From: Candidatus Nezhaarchaeales archaeon
GTDB taxonomy: Archaea; Thermoproteota; Methanomethylicia; Nezhaarchaeales; WYZ-LMO8
Assembly: GCA_038887515.1 (NCBI GenBank)
Contig: JAWAKK010000002.1
Span: 224,001-288,000, forward strand
Length of the DNA: 64,000 bases
Direction: 5' to 3'
The position numbers were made by a program, and so were the translations under genes. The notes below the pieces were generated by a model. The model was not told the DNA's origin. It saw only the letters and a program-made list of their open reading frames with translations, and did not search any database. Below are positions 34,562-44,284 of this stretch, piece after piece. Position 1 is the stretch's first letter, and each line of letters starts with the position of its first letter.

Positions 34562-36116
34562 GTGAAAAATTTTGGTAGCGCAATTATTGCCTTCAAAAAA
34601 GTAGATGCGAAGGAGGGGGATCCATATCATGAATTCGAAGGCGTTAAGTTGGACAATAACTTCCAGCAACTCGATAAGTACTACGTCTCAGATGGTATTG
34701 TTGAGATAATAATAGGTGAATGCCAAGGCCTAGGCTACTACATAGTTAAGGAGCCTGAGCTAACTCCAGATGAACTTAGGCTATACCGAGCCCTCATAGA
34801 CGAATTGAGGTATAAATCGAAGCCAGATATACAACTCCTTCTAAATCCTCTAGGATACCTTGAAAGGGCATTAAGGGAGGCTATGAGCGATTTAGAGGTA
34901 GCAAGCAAAGTTTACTCTTCTAAGCGCAAGCTCTTTTATTACCTTAAGCGAGAAGTCTTGGGTTTTGGTCAGCTTGAACCGCTAATAGATGATCCAGACA
35001 TAGAAGACATGTCAATCGAAGGTGTAGGCAGGCCAGCTAGAGTTTTTCATAGGCGCTTTAGTTTTTACGACTGGCTCCATACAAATATAGTTTTTGAGAA
35101 CGAAGAAGAACTAAATAATTATGTTATAAGGCTTGCCCACATGGGCGGAAAGCACATCAACATAGCCAATCCAATAGCCGACGTAATGTTGCCTGGCAAG
35201 CATAGGGCAACTTTGACGTTTTCCAGGGAAGTAACCCCTCAGGGACCCTCATTGACTATAAGGAAGTTTAAAGAAAAGCCACTAACTATATGCCACTTAG
35301 TTAAGAGCGGCACGGTCTCCTCGCTTATGGCAGCTTATTGGTGGATTTTGCTCGAAAACAAAGCCTTCCTTATGATAATAGGCCCAATGGCTAGCGGAAA
35401 GACAACTTTACTCAATAGCCTAGCCATGCTTTTGAAGCCGAACTGGAAGGTGGTGAGCATAGAGGACGTTGCTGAGCTTAACCTAGCGCACCCCGGCTGG
35501 AAGCCCTTAGTATCACGCCATACATGTCCTCCAGGTGAAAATTTGACTGAAGTCAGTCTATTCGACTTAGTCAAGCTATCTTTCAGGGAGAGGGCCGACT
35601 TCATCATTGTTGGCGAGATTAGGGGTGAAGAGGCCTATGCTCTATTTCAAGCAGCAGCGAGCGGTCACGGTTGCGCTTGCACTTTCCACAGCTCAAATTT
35701 CGAGTCAATGGTCAGCAGGCTTACGTCGCCTCCACTCAATGTAGGTCCAAGCTACATAGAGCTAATATCAAACGTGGTCGTGGTAAAGAGGATAGCCAAG
35801 TCGGTAAGACAGGCGGTTAGAAGGGTGACCGAAGTGGACGAGGTAGTAAACTGTCGAGACTACGTAAAGGTCTTCACATGGAACCCGACCCAAGATTTCT
35901 TTGAACCCGATGATCCTTACGAACTCGTCGAGAAGAGTTTTCAGCTAAAACGAATTGCCGAGGCAAATGGGCTAAGCGAAGAAGATGTTTTGGACGAACT
36001 TTTTGAAAAGGAAGAGGTTCATTGAAAGTCTTGTCGAGAACGGTATCCTAGACTTTGAGGAAGTGTTACGTCACTTGAGGGGCCTTCAATATAGGAGGCA
36101 TTTAGATATTGAATAG
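34562..36116 (+). CDS. Type IV pilus assembly ATPase (VirB11/FlaI/UpsE family) with a frameshift near the 3' end
   Basis: DPDIED, SLTIRKF, GPMASGKTT, SIED, IIVGEIRG, GHG..TFH; removing one T at 36000-36004 restores LLKRKRFIESLVENGILDFEEV to TAG 36116 (track ORF stops at 36025). Confidence 0.88.
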
Positions 36117-37908
36117 AAAGCTTAAACTCTTAATCGTTTTTTCATTAGCCAGCATACCTTTGGTCGTACTTTCTCTCTCAATAACTCTCGTTGTATTTAC
36201 ATTACCTCTTCTTGGGATGTTAATCTATCTATACTTTAGAGGTAGAGGTCCTAAGAATATAGGTCGAACGAAATCAGGGCAAATAAGCGTGGTGCTAGTG
36301 CTTCCAAGGTCTCCCAAGAACCTTAAAGGACTTTTAAAGTTCAAACTACGTAGAGGGTTTGGATTTAAAAGTAAACCCTGCCCTCTCTCCTTGAAGAATA
36401 CTAAGCTGTATACAGCCCTTTTTCTTTGTCTAGCCATAACGACTACATCATTCTTAGTCAACAATTTCATTCCTCTCGCGTTTCTACTTTTATCGATTGC
36501 TATCCCTTTAGTTTCAACTTTACGCGATAAGGTTGCCGAATCTATTAGAAAACACAATGTAGAAAACGAATTACCATTCTTCAGTCTACTTGCCTCGACC
36601 CTATCTCATGCAGGTCAAACACTTGTGAAGGCATTTAATATCGTAGCCGAAGCTAAAGTGTTTCCAGCATTTAGCTTAGAAGCACTATACTTAAAGAAGG
36701 AGTCTCTGTTTATGGGCGGAGATACGATAGCTGCTATGAGCAACTACGCTCAAAGACATCCATCAAGGCTCCTTTCGTCTTTAATTCTAGGCTACGTGGG
36801 TATAGTTAGAAGCGGTGGAGACGTTACGAAGTACTTAGAGGAAAAGACTAGAGAACTTTTTTCAATGCTTAAGGAAAGGTGGAACAATTTCGTCAACAAT
36901 GTTAGCACGGTAGGCGAAGCGATGTTAGCTCTCTTCCTCATAATGCCTTTAATGCTATCCATGACTACCTTGGTTTTTGCAAGCGAAGTGGAGGAGGCTA
37001 TTTACGAGCTTATGATACTAGGTTTGGTGCCATTGCTATCTTTAATGACTGTCTTCTTATTGCACGTGACACGCCCTCAAGATAGCTTTGAATACATGCC
37101 AAGCGGGAAGATCATTTCGTCCTCTACTATTTCGATCATAACGTCTACCCTTATTTTAGGGATCCTATTTAACAAGACAATACTTGACTTAATAGCCTTT
37201 GGCACTATAGCTGCAATACTTCCTTTAACCATACATTATGAAAAGGAGAAGGCGAAGGTTCTCGAAATTGAAAAAGAAATACCGCGCTTCCTAAGATACT
37301 TAGGAGAACATAAAAAGTTGGGCTTCTCTCTCTTAACTGTATTGGAGAAGTCTTCCCGCGAACCCTATAACAAAGCCTTCTCTCTTATAATCAAGGAAGC
37401 TATAGGTAAAATGAAGCTTGGGTTATCGCTTTATCAATCGATTGTCGCACTTAAAGTGCGCTCTAAGTTATGTAAAATCGTCTTATTTATCTTAGACAGC
37501 TTAGTTGAAAGCGGAGGAGGGTCCCCAGCAACATTTGAGATCCTAGCATCGTACGTAGATGAATACAACAAGCAGAGGTCTAAGGTTAAGAGGTCTCTCC
37601 ATCTCTACTCTCTCTTAGGCTATGCGAGCCCAATGATACTAGCTATATGCTTATCTCTTACAACCACCTTCATTGTTGGCATGAATGAACAACCTACCTT
37701 GAATGTAACAGAAGGTGTTTCAAACATGATACAACCCCCTCAGGAAGAGGTGCACGAAGTGTTGTTCTACAGCAAGCTTATGATGCTCGTCTCCTCAATA
37801 TCCATGGGTCTAATACTTGGTAAGGCAATAGAAGGCTCAATGCTTTGCACTAAGCATACCTTGATATGTATTTTAGTTGCCTTAATATCTCTAAACTCAC
37901 TCCTATAA
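36109..37908 (+). CDS. Type IV pilus membrane platform protein (TadC/FlaJ/T2SS-F, two domains)
   Basis: VENELPFF..GGDVTKYL and IEKEIPRFLR..ESGG domains; multiple TM helices; follows the ATPase. Confidence 0.88.
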   Translation: MNRKLKLLIVFSLASIPLVVLSLSITLVVFTLPLLGMLIYLYFRGRGPKNIGRTKSGQISVVLVLPRSPKNLKGLLKFKLRRGFGFKSKPCPLSLKNTKLYTALFLCLAITTTSFLVNNFIPLAFLLLSIAIPLVSTLRDKVAESIRKHNVENELPFFSLLASTLSHAGQTLVKAFNIVAEAKVFPAFSLEALYLKKESLFMGGDTIAAMSNYAQRHPSRLLSSLILGYVGIVRSGGDVTKYLEEKTRELFSMLKERWNNFVNNVSTVGEAMLALFLIMPLMLSMTTLVFASEVEEAIYELMILGLVPLLSLMTVFLLHVTRPQDSFEYMPSGKIISSSTISIITSTLILGILFNKTILDLIAFGTIAAILPLTIHYEKEKAKVLEIEKEIPRFLRYLGEHKKLGFSLLTVLEKSSREPYNKAFSLIIKEAIGKMKLGLSLYQSIVALKVRSKLCKIVLFILDSLVESGGGSPATFEILASYVDEYNKQRSKVKRSLHLYSLLGYASPMILAICLSLTTTFIVGMNEQPTLNVTEGVSNMIQPPQEEVHEVLFYSKLMMLVSSISMGLILGKAIEGSMLCTKHTLICILVALISLNSLL

Positions 37909-37929
37909 TAATGTAGGCGCTGAGGGTTT

Positions 37930-39717
37930 ATGGAGTACTCACTGTTGGTGAGCTTTTATGAGAAGATAGAGTTGACGACGAAGAGGCTTGAGATGACAGA
38001 CCTTTTAGTTTCCCTATTCAAGAAGAGTCCTCCAAATATCATAGACAAGGTCGTTTACTTAACTCAAGGTAGGCTCTACCCAGAATACGTCGGGATAGAA
38101 TTAGGCGTGGCAGAAAAACTTGCATTAAAGGCTCTCTCTTTAGCTACTGGTTTATCCGTCGAAGAATTAGAGGTCGAATTAAAGAGAACTGGAGATATAG
38201 GTACAGTAGCTGAAAGGTGTCTTTCGAAAAAGAAACTTAAGAGCATATTGGACTTCATGGGGCCTGTGCAAGGGAGTGCGAAAAAGTTAACGGTCGATGA
38301 AGTATACAATACGCTTGATAAGGTCGCTAGAGCCGTAGGTGAGGGTTCTCAAGATACGAAAATTTCTTTAATAGCAAGCCTATTGAGGGATGCGTCGCCA
38401 AAGGAGGCAAAGTATCTACTAAGGACTATAACGGGGAAATTGAGGCTTGGTATAGCTGATATGACTATACTTGACGCCCTCGCAATAGCTTTCTGCGGCG
38501 GAAAGGATGCTCGCCCCCTCGTCGAGAGGGCTTACAACCTCTCAAGCGACTTAGGTCATGTAGCAAAGGTTGTAGCTGAAAGTGGCATCGATGGATTAAA
38601 GTACTTCAAAATTACTGTTGGAAGGCCCATAAGACCCATGCTAGCTGAACGGCTAGCAACGGCAGAAGAGGTTCTCGAAAAGCTCGGTGGCAAGTGCGTA
38701 GCGGAGTATAAGTACGATGGTGAGAGGATACAAGCCCATAAATCCGGCTCGGACGTAATACTGTTCTCTCGTAGACTTGAAAACATAACTCACCACTATC
38801 CGGACGCTTGCGATATAATTAAGGAGCGCATAAAAGTGAATGAGGCAATAGTGGAAGCAGAATGCGTAGCTATAGATCCCGATACCGGGGAAATGAGACC
38901 TTTCCAAGAGTTAATGCATAGAAGGAGGAAGTATGGTATAGAAGAAGCTATGAAGGAGTACCCTGTCTCGCTCTTCTTTTTTGACTGTCTATATGTTAAT
39001 GGCCAAGACCTAACGAATCAACCGTACCTAAAGAGGAGGGAGGAGCTTATGAAAATCTTAGAGCCAAGCGAAAGAGCTATGCTAGCATCTTATAGGATCG
39101 TCGATAACGTTGAAGAACTGGAACGCTTCTTTGAGGAAGCTATAAGCGAGGGATGCGAAGGGCTCGTATGTAAATCTTTAGCACCCGACTCCATATACCA
39201 AGCAGGCGCTAGAGGCTGGCTGTGGATAAAGCTCAAGAGGTCATATCAGTCAAAGCTTGTAGAACCGATAGATGTAACCGTCGTTGGCGCCTTCTGGGGT
39301 AAGGGTAAGCGAGCTGGCAAATATGGCGCCTTACTCTGCGCAGTTTACGATCCCGAAGCGGATGTATTCAGAACTGTATGTAAAGTTGGAAGTGGCTTTA
39401 CAGATGAAGACCTAGAGAAGATGCCTGGAATGTTGCAGCCCTACGCTATCGAACATAAGCATCCACGAGTAGATTCTAGATTAAAGGCGGATGTATGGTT
39501 TGTACCTAGTATCGTCATAGAAATCATAGGTGACGAGATAACACTAAGCCCTCTTCACACAGCTGGGCTAGGAGTTCTAAAGCCAGACGCTGGCTTAGCT
39601 ATAAGGTTTCCACGCTTTACGGGGCGTTGGAGGTTCGACAAGAACCCTGAAGATAGCACAACGGTGAAGGAACTCATTGAAATGTACAAAATGCAGTTGA
39701 AGAAAATCGAGACTTAA
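37930..39717 (+). CDS. lig: ATP-dependent DNA ligase
   Basis: PMLA, EYKYDGER, EGLVCK, RGWLWIKLK, IRFPRF. Confidence 0.97.
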   Translation: MEYSLLVSFYEKIELTTKRLEMTDLLVSLFKKSPPNIIDKVVYLTQGRLYPEYVGIELGVAEKLALKALSLATGLSVEELEVELKRTGDIGTVAERCLSKKKLKSILDFMGPVQGSAKKLTVDEVYNTLDKVARAVGEGSQDTKISLIASLLRDASPKEAKYLLRTITGKLRLGIADMTILDALAIAFCGGKDARPLVERAYNLSSDLGHVAKVVAESGIDGLKYFKITVGRPIRPMLAERLATAEEVLEKLGGKCVAEYKYDGERIQAHKSGSDVILFSRRLENITHHYPDACDIIKERIKVNEAIVEAECVAIDPDTGEMRPFQELMHRRRKYGIEEAMKEYPVSLFFFDCLYVNGQDLTNQPYLKRREELMKILEPSERAMLASYRIVDNVEELERFFEEAISEGCEGLVCKSLAPDSIYQAGARGWLWIKLKRSYQSKLVEPIDVTVVGAFWGKGKRAGKYGALLCAVYDPEADVFRTVCKVGSGFTDEDLEKMPGMLQPYAIEHKHPRVDSRLKADVWFVPSIVIEIIGDEITLSPLHTAGLGVLKPDAGLAIRFPRFTGRWRFDKNPEDSTTVKELIEMYKMQLKKIET

Positions 39718-40289
39718 GAACTCCGCTGAGAAATCTTTTCTAGCATTCTCTCAAAAGTCCAACGAACAGCATTCTTTAGCTCTCTCATTCTTCTCTCGTC
39801 AACAACGTTCTTTAAAAATATTTCAGTTAAGATATCTCCTTTAGTCTTTATCTCGTAATCCATGGCTTCACCCTCCTTCATCTCTCCCCGCTCAACAGCT
39901 TCACGATCTTTCCTCCTCATCTCTTCGAGGACCTTTTCTATTAAGAATTGCCTGAAGGGTGGAATGTTTATGTTAAGCTCTAGGTCTTGGGCAGGGACTA
40001 TCCTCAAGTATCCCTCGCCCATGTACATCTTTCCGAGCAATCTGTTTCCCATTCTAGACGAAGCCATAATTAATGTCTCGGTCTCAAGCCCCTTCGGCTG
40101 AGCCGAGGGGGGTTGAACGACCTCTTTTGTGACCTCTAGAGCGGAGGCTGGCTTGAACGATACTCTTGCTAGGGCTTCGTCGACCAACTTTATTAGTACC
40201 TTAAGGTGTTCAACTTCAATGGTTAAAGTAGAGAGCTTCTCCTCAAGGTACCTCTTTAAGTCCGCTAAACTTTTGGCTATGTCTTCCAC
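39714..40289 (-). CDS. Hypothetical protein with N-terminal coiled coil
   Basis: 191-aa ORF with typical composition; no function recognised. Confidence 0.75.
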   Translation of the reverse strand: MEDIAKSLADLKRYLEEKLSTLTIEVEHLKVLIKLVDEALARVSFKPASALEVTKEVVQPPSAQPKGLETETLIMASSRMGNRLLGKMYMGEGYLRIVPAQDLELNINIPPFRQFLIEKVLEEMRRKDREAVERGEMKEGEAMDYEIKTKGDILTEIFLKNVVDERRMRELKNAVRWTFERMLEKISQRSS

Positions 40290-40361
40290 TATACTTCACT
40301 TCTCCATACTTCAAAGCTCTACTTGCTTTCACTAGGTAAAATTTTCTACCGTTATTTATCT

Positions 40362-40901
40362 CTATATACTCCAAGGCCTGCCGAAAGCGTTGTGATGAAC
40401 TACTTCTCTCAGGCTCCTCCTTGACGGAGGTGATGGGACTTCTCCTGCTTGGCCTACAGTTATTAGGGCTAATGGCCTAACATTAGTCGGCAACTTCAAG
40501 AGTCTCCTAACTTCTTCTTCATAGAAAGCCCCAATCCAACAAGTACCCATACCGAGTGAATATGATGCTAGTAAAATGTTTTGGGCCGCTGCAGCGCAGT
40601 CTTGGATAGCATAAAGTCTCCTGCCTCGTTCACCATAAATAGCACCAGTTCTATCTACATTGGCACAAACCGCGATGATTGCTGATGCCTCGGCCATCCA
40701 CATTTGGCTTAGGGAAGCCCTAGCTAACTGCTTCATGACGCCTTTATCGTCGACCACAACAAACTCCCAAGGTTGGAGGTTTCCAGCGGACGGAGCCCAT
40801 ATGGCGGCCTCCAGTATCGTCCTTAACGTTTCCGGTCCTACTTCTGAAGGAATATAAGACCTTATAGACCTCCTCCCCTTTATAGCTTCGAGGACCTCCA
40901 A
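40362..40901 (-). CDS. Nitroreductase family protein
   Basis: RRSIRSY, APSAGNLQPWEFVVV, AAAQNILLA..LGMGTCWIG. Confidence 0.93.
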   Translation of the reverse strand: MEVLEAIKGRRSIRSYIPSEVGPETLRTILEAAIWAPSAGNLQPWEFVVVDDKGVMKQLARASLSQMWMAEASAIIAVCANVDRTGAIYGERGRRLYAIQDCAAAAQNILLASYSLGMGTCWIGAFYEEEVRRLLKLPTNVRPLALITVGQAGEVPSPPSRRSLREVVHHNAFGRPWSI

Positions 40902-40965
40902 ATTTAAGCACCTACACTGTCCTCTACGATTACTATGCTTATTAAAGCTTAGCCTATAGAATCGA

Positions 40966-42390
40966 GTGGCAATGATAAGAAGCTTCCAACTTATTAGCTC
41001 TATAGTAAACTACCTAGACCCTTATTTCGTGATCTTCTCTATTTCCCTCCTTCTAGCACTCATATTGTACGCAAAGTTTCAATCCAAAGGAAAAATCCTG
41101 TTAGGAAGGATCTTCCTTTTAATGCCTTTTTACCTCGACCTCAGAGAAGCTAAGCATGTAGTAATATTTGGGATGACTGGATCGGGGAAGACAAATACAT
41201 CAAAATTGATAGTTAACTCGTTTAAGGGCTCCAAATTAATAATAGATTGGAATGGAGAGTACTTAATTGGGAGAGTTGCGAGACCCTCGCATCTATCAAT
41301 AAGCTATCTATCGATGCTAGACTTCTGCGAGGCCCTAGCTTCATCTCTTCAATTGACGGTGCCTCAATACGCAATGTTACTTGAAGTGGCTAGGGACTCA
41401 AGTAACTTAAGCGAGATAATAGAGAAATTGCGGAGGTATCCGACGGAAAGCGATACTAGGAGGGAGATAAAGAACGCTTTATTAAGAAGACTTGAACCTC
41501 TCTCTTACGCCAACCTCTTTTCAGGCTCTCTTACCATAGACGATGTCGATACCATAGACCTTTCAGGTTTAACGTTTGATGCTAAAAGGTTGGTAGCCAA
41601 CGTCGTCTTGAGGCTTCTCTATACTAACCCTATAAAGCAGTTGTTAGTTCTCGAAGAAGCTCAGAACTTGCTAATACCGCGCCACCCAAATCAGCCTCCA
41701 ACAAGTTGCGAGCTAATCCTCGACGAAATCAGGAAGCATGGCGTAAGGGTCCTCGCCGTAGCTCAAATACCTTCACTTGTCTCGACGACCTATCGAAATG
41801 CTGAATACATAATTCTTCATAGGTTAAGCTTGACAACAGAAGAAGCAAAGGACATTGGTTTAACGGAAAGGGAAAGGTGCAGAATAGCTAAGCTACCTAA
41901 CGGAAAGTGTCTCATCATAAATAAGGGAAAGAAGTTCACGGTCACCGTATTTAAGGCAAGACTTCTAAGCCAAGCAAGAGAAGAGAGGGAGAATGAAGTT
42001 TCAACGAAAGGAAGAGAGACGAGCTATCGAGGCGAACCTAAAAACGATGGAGATGTTTTATCATATCTTATCGAAGACCTTAGGGAAATTAATGAGTGGC
42101 GCAGGGGGATAACCAGCAATGTGGACGTATTGATTAAGGACGTTGACGAGCTCAAGCAACTGACGAAGAACCTTATTGACAAGTTTTCGGCCTTAAGCAT
42201 TCGGGAAGCCATAAATCCTAACTTAATCGATAACTTAAAGGTCGAAGTAGATAAAATGAAAGCTTATTTCAGTAAGAGAATGGAAGACCTTGAATGTTCA
42301 CTAAGTTATGTAAAAGATAGACTGTTGGACCTCGAAGAAAAGATGCACGAAGACTTGAACTTAAAGGGTCGTAGCCGAAATGCTCGATGA
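40966..42390 (+). CDS. Membrane-anchored HerA/FtsK/VirB4-like ATPase with C-terminal coiled coil
   Basis: N-terminal TM, HVVIFGMTGSGKT, IIDWNGEY, LVLEEAQNL, RKHGV, VAQ.PS. Confidence 0.82.
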   Translation: MAMIRSFQLISSIVNYLDPYFVIFSISLLLALILYAKFQSKGKILLGRIFLLMPFYLDLREAKHVVIFGMTGSGKTNTSKLIVNSFKGSKLIIDWNGEYLIGRVARPSHLSISYLSMLDFCEALASSLQLTVPQYAMLLEVARDSSNLSEIIEKLRRYPTESDTRREIKNALLRRLEPLSYANLFSGSLTIDDVDTIDLSGLTFDAKRLVANVVLRLLYTNPIKQLLVLEEAQNLLIPRHPNQPPTSCELILDEIRKHGVRVLAVAQIPSLVSTTYRNAEYIILHRLSLTTEEAKDIGLTERERCRIAKLPNGKCLIINKGKKFTVTVFKARLLSQAREERENEVSTKGRETSYRGEPKNDGDVLSYLIEDLREINEWRRGITSNVDVLIKDVDELKQLTKNLIDKFSALSIREAINPNLIDNLKVEVDKMKAYFSKRMEDLECSLSYVKDRLLDLEEKMHEDLNLKGRSRNAR

Positions 42391-44284
42391 CGAGCTTCTT
42401 TCACTGACGCCATATCCATCATTAAGGCCAGGGCAACTAAGGATAGCGAGGACCGTTTACCTATCGATAGCTAAGGGTCTTTACACAGTGCTTGAAGCGC
42501 CATGTGGGCTGGGGAAGACAGTATCTTCCCTCATGGGTGTCACACCATCTCTCCAAAGAAACCTAGCGAGGAGAGTTCTGTGGTTTACGAGAACAAATGA
42601 TGAAAGCGATAAAGTCATTGAAGAAGCGAAGAGGGTTAAGGACGTCGAGGGGACCTTACGAGGTATCTCCATAAGAGGTAAATCATCTTCATGCCCGAGA
42701 CTTCGTGGAGATAACGAAGAACTAACTCACTTAGCTTGCCGCGCATTGAGGGATGAGCTTCTTTGCTCATATCTAGACCAAGAGAAAATAGACTTATGCG
42801 CCAACCGCTTAAGCAGTCAACATAACTTAGTGACTTCCATAGATATAATTCAAAACGCCGTCAGCGATAAGTGTTGTCCAGCAGCCGTAATGAAGCGAAT
42901 CATACGTAAAAGCAACATAATAGCTCTAACATATCCTTACGTCTTTAATGATAACGTATACAAGGTCTACTCTAAGTTGCTGTTTCTCGACCCCACGGTC
43001 GCAATAATGGATGAAGCGCACAACATAGCAGAGTTGATGGTTGAATATAGGTCGAAGGTTCTTCGGTTAACTACTTTACACAGGTCAATCGACGAACTAT
43101 CAACGGTAAAAGTAGAATTAGTAAAGCCCCTCGAAGACTTAACCTTACTTCTTAAAAACTCGACCAAGAAGGCCTCCCCGCAAGGTATCGAGGTATCTAA
43201 GGATCAAATACTAAGGATGATAGCGAAGTACTTTAAGGACCCCTCAGTCTACATAAGCAAGCTGAAAGAAGTAGCCCTAGACATAATTAAGCTAAGGGCA
43301 GTGAAGGGCCTTACGATAAGGTGTCCAACATATTCTACTTACTCCTTCTTACGAGAAGCATTAGGCTCAAGCATTGATCATTTAATATGGGCACATCTAG
43401 ACTTCGAGAACGAAGTGCAAGTAGAGTTGAAACCGTTAACGTGTAACTTCTCATGGATCGCTCGACGATTCCACAGCGTAATATTCATGTCAGGCACGCT
43501 ATCACCTTTAATTGGATTCATCAAATCCCTAAGCCTAGACCCCACAAACATCAAGGCCATAAAGTACGTCAAGCCCAAGTACGGTCGCGTCATATTTATT
43601 GTAGATGCATCTGTATCGACTATACATAAAAATAGGTCTGAACAACTTTACAAGATTTTAGTATACAAGTTAAAGACCATTAGAGACGTTGTGGAAACGG
43701 GGCTGGGTATTTTTGTTCCTTCCTACAACTTCCTACGGGATCTTAAGGTTGCTGGACTAAGAGAACTAATGCCTGGCTTAACGTTAATTGACGACGGTAA
43801 AGGCCTCTCTAGTCTAAGTGTCTTTAACCGTTTTAGAGACTACATCAAGATGGGCGTTGATGTAACGCTGGTTTCGGTAATTGGGGGGAGGCTAGCTGAA
43901 GGAGTAGACATTTCAAGCCGCTTAATGCCCGTAGCGGTGATAGTTGGATTACCCATGCCAGAACCCACTCCATACAATTTAAGGAAAGTCGAAAAACTTC
44001 GTTGTCTAGGCTTTAAGAGACCTTACGAAGCTGTTTTCGTGGAACCAGCTATGAGGAAAGTATCCCAAGCCGTAGGTAGACTGATACGTAGCCCCTCAGA
44101 TGAAGCAATAGTAATTCTAATGGATAAGAGGTTTACAAAAGGCTCCATAAAAAGGTACATACCTAGATGGTTAAATTACGAACTCTACGTATCTGGTAAT
44201 CCAATATGTCTCCTTCAAGATTACTTTTTTCGCCTTAAACTTAAAGTACGTAAGGAGAACAAGGACCAAGAAGATGCAAGCTAG
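42380..44284 (+). CDS. XPD/Rad3/DinG-family Fe-S DNA helicase
   Basis: Q-motif PYPSLRPGQ, APCGLGKT, Cys cluster, DEAH, MSGTL, AEGVD, QAVGRLIRS, MDKRF. Confidence 0.9.
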   Translation: MLDDELLSLTPYPSLRPGQLRIARTVYLSIAKGLYTVLEAPCGLGKTVSSLMGVTPSLQRNLARRVLWFTRTNDESDKVIEEAKRVKDVEGTLRGISIRGKSSSCPRLRGDNEELTHLACRALRDELLCSYLDQEKIDLCANRLSSQHNLVTSIDIIQNAVSDKCCPAAVMKRIIRKSNIIALTYPYVFNDNVYKVYSKLLFLDPTVAIMDEAHNIAELMVEYRSKVLRLTTLHRSIDELSTVKVELVKPLEDLTLLLKNSTKKASPQGIEVSKDQILRMIAKYFKDPSVYISKLKEVALDIIKLRAVKGLTIRCPTYSTYSFLREALGSSIDHLIWAHLDFENEVQVELKPLTCNFSWIARRFHSVIFMSGTLSPLIGFIKSLSLDPTNIKAIKYVKPKYGRVIFIVDASVSTIHKNRSEQLYKILVYKLKTIRDVVETGLGIFVPSYNFLRDLKVAGLRELMPGLTLIDDGKGLSSLSVFNRFRDYIKMGVDVTLVSVIGGRLAEGVDISSRLMPVAVIVGLPMPEPTPYNLRKVEKLRCLGFKRPYEAVFVEPAMRKVSQAVGRLIRSPSDEAIVILMDKRFTKGSIKRYIPRWLNYELYVSGNPICLLQDYFFRLKLKVRKENKDQEDAS

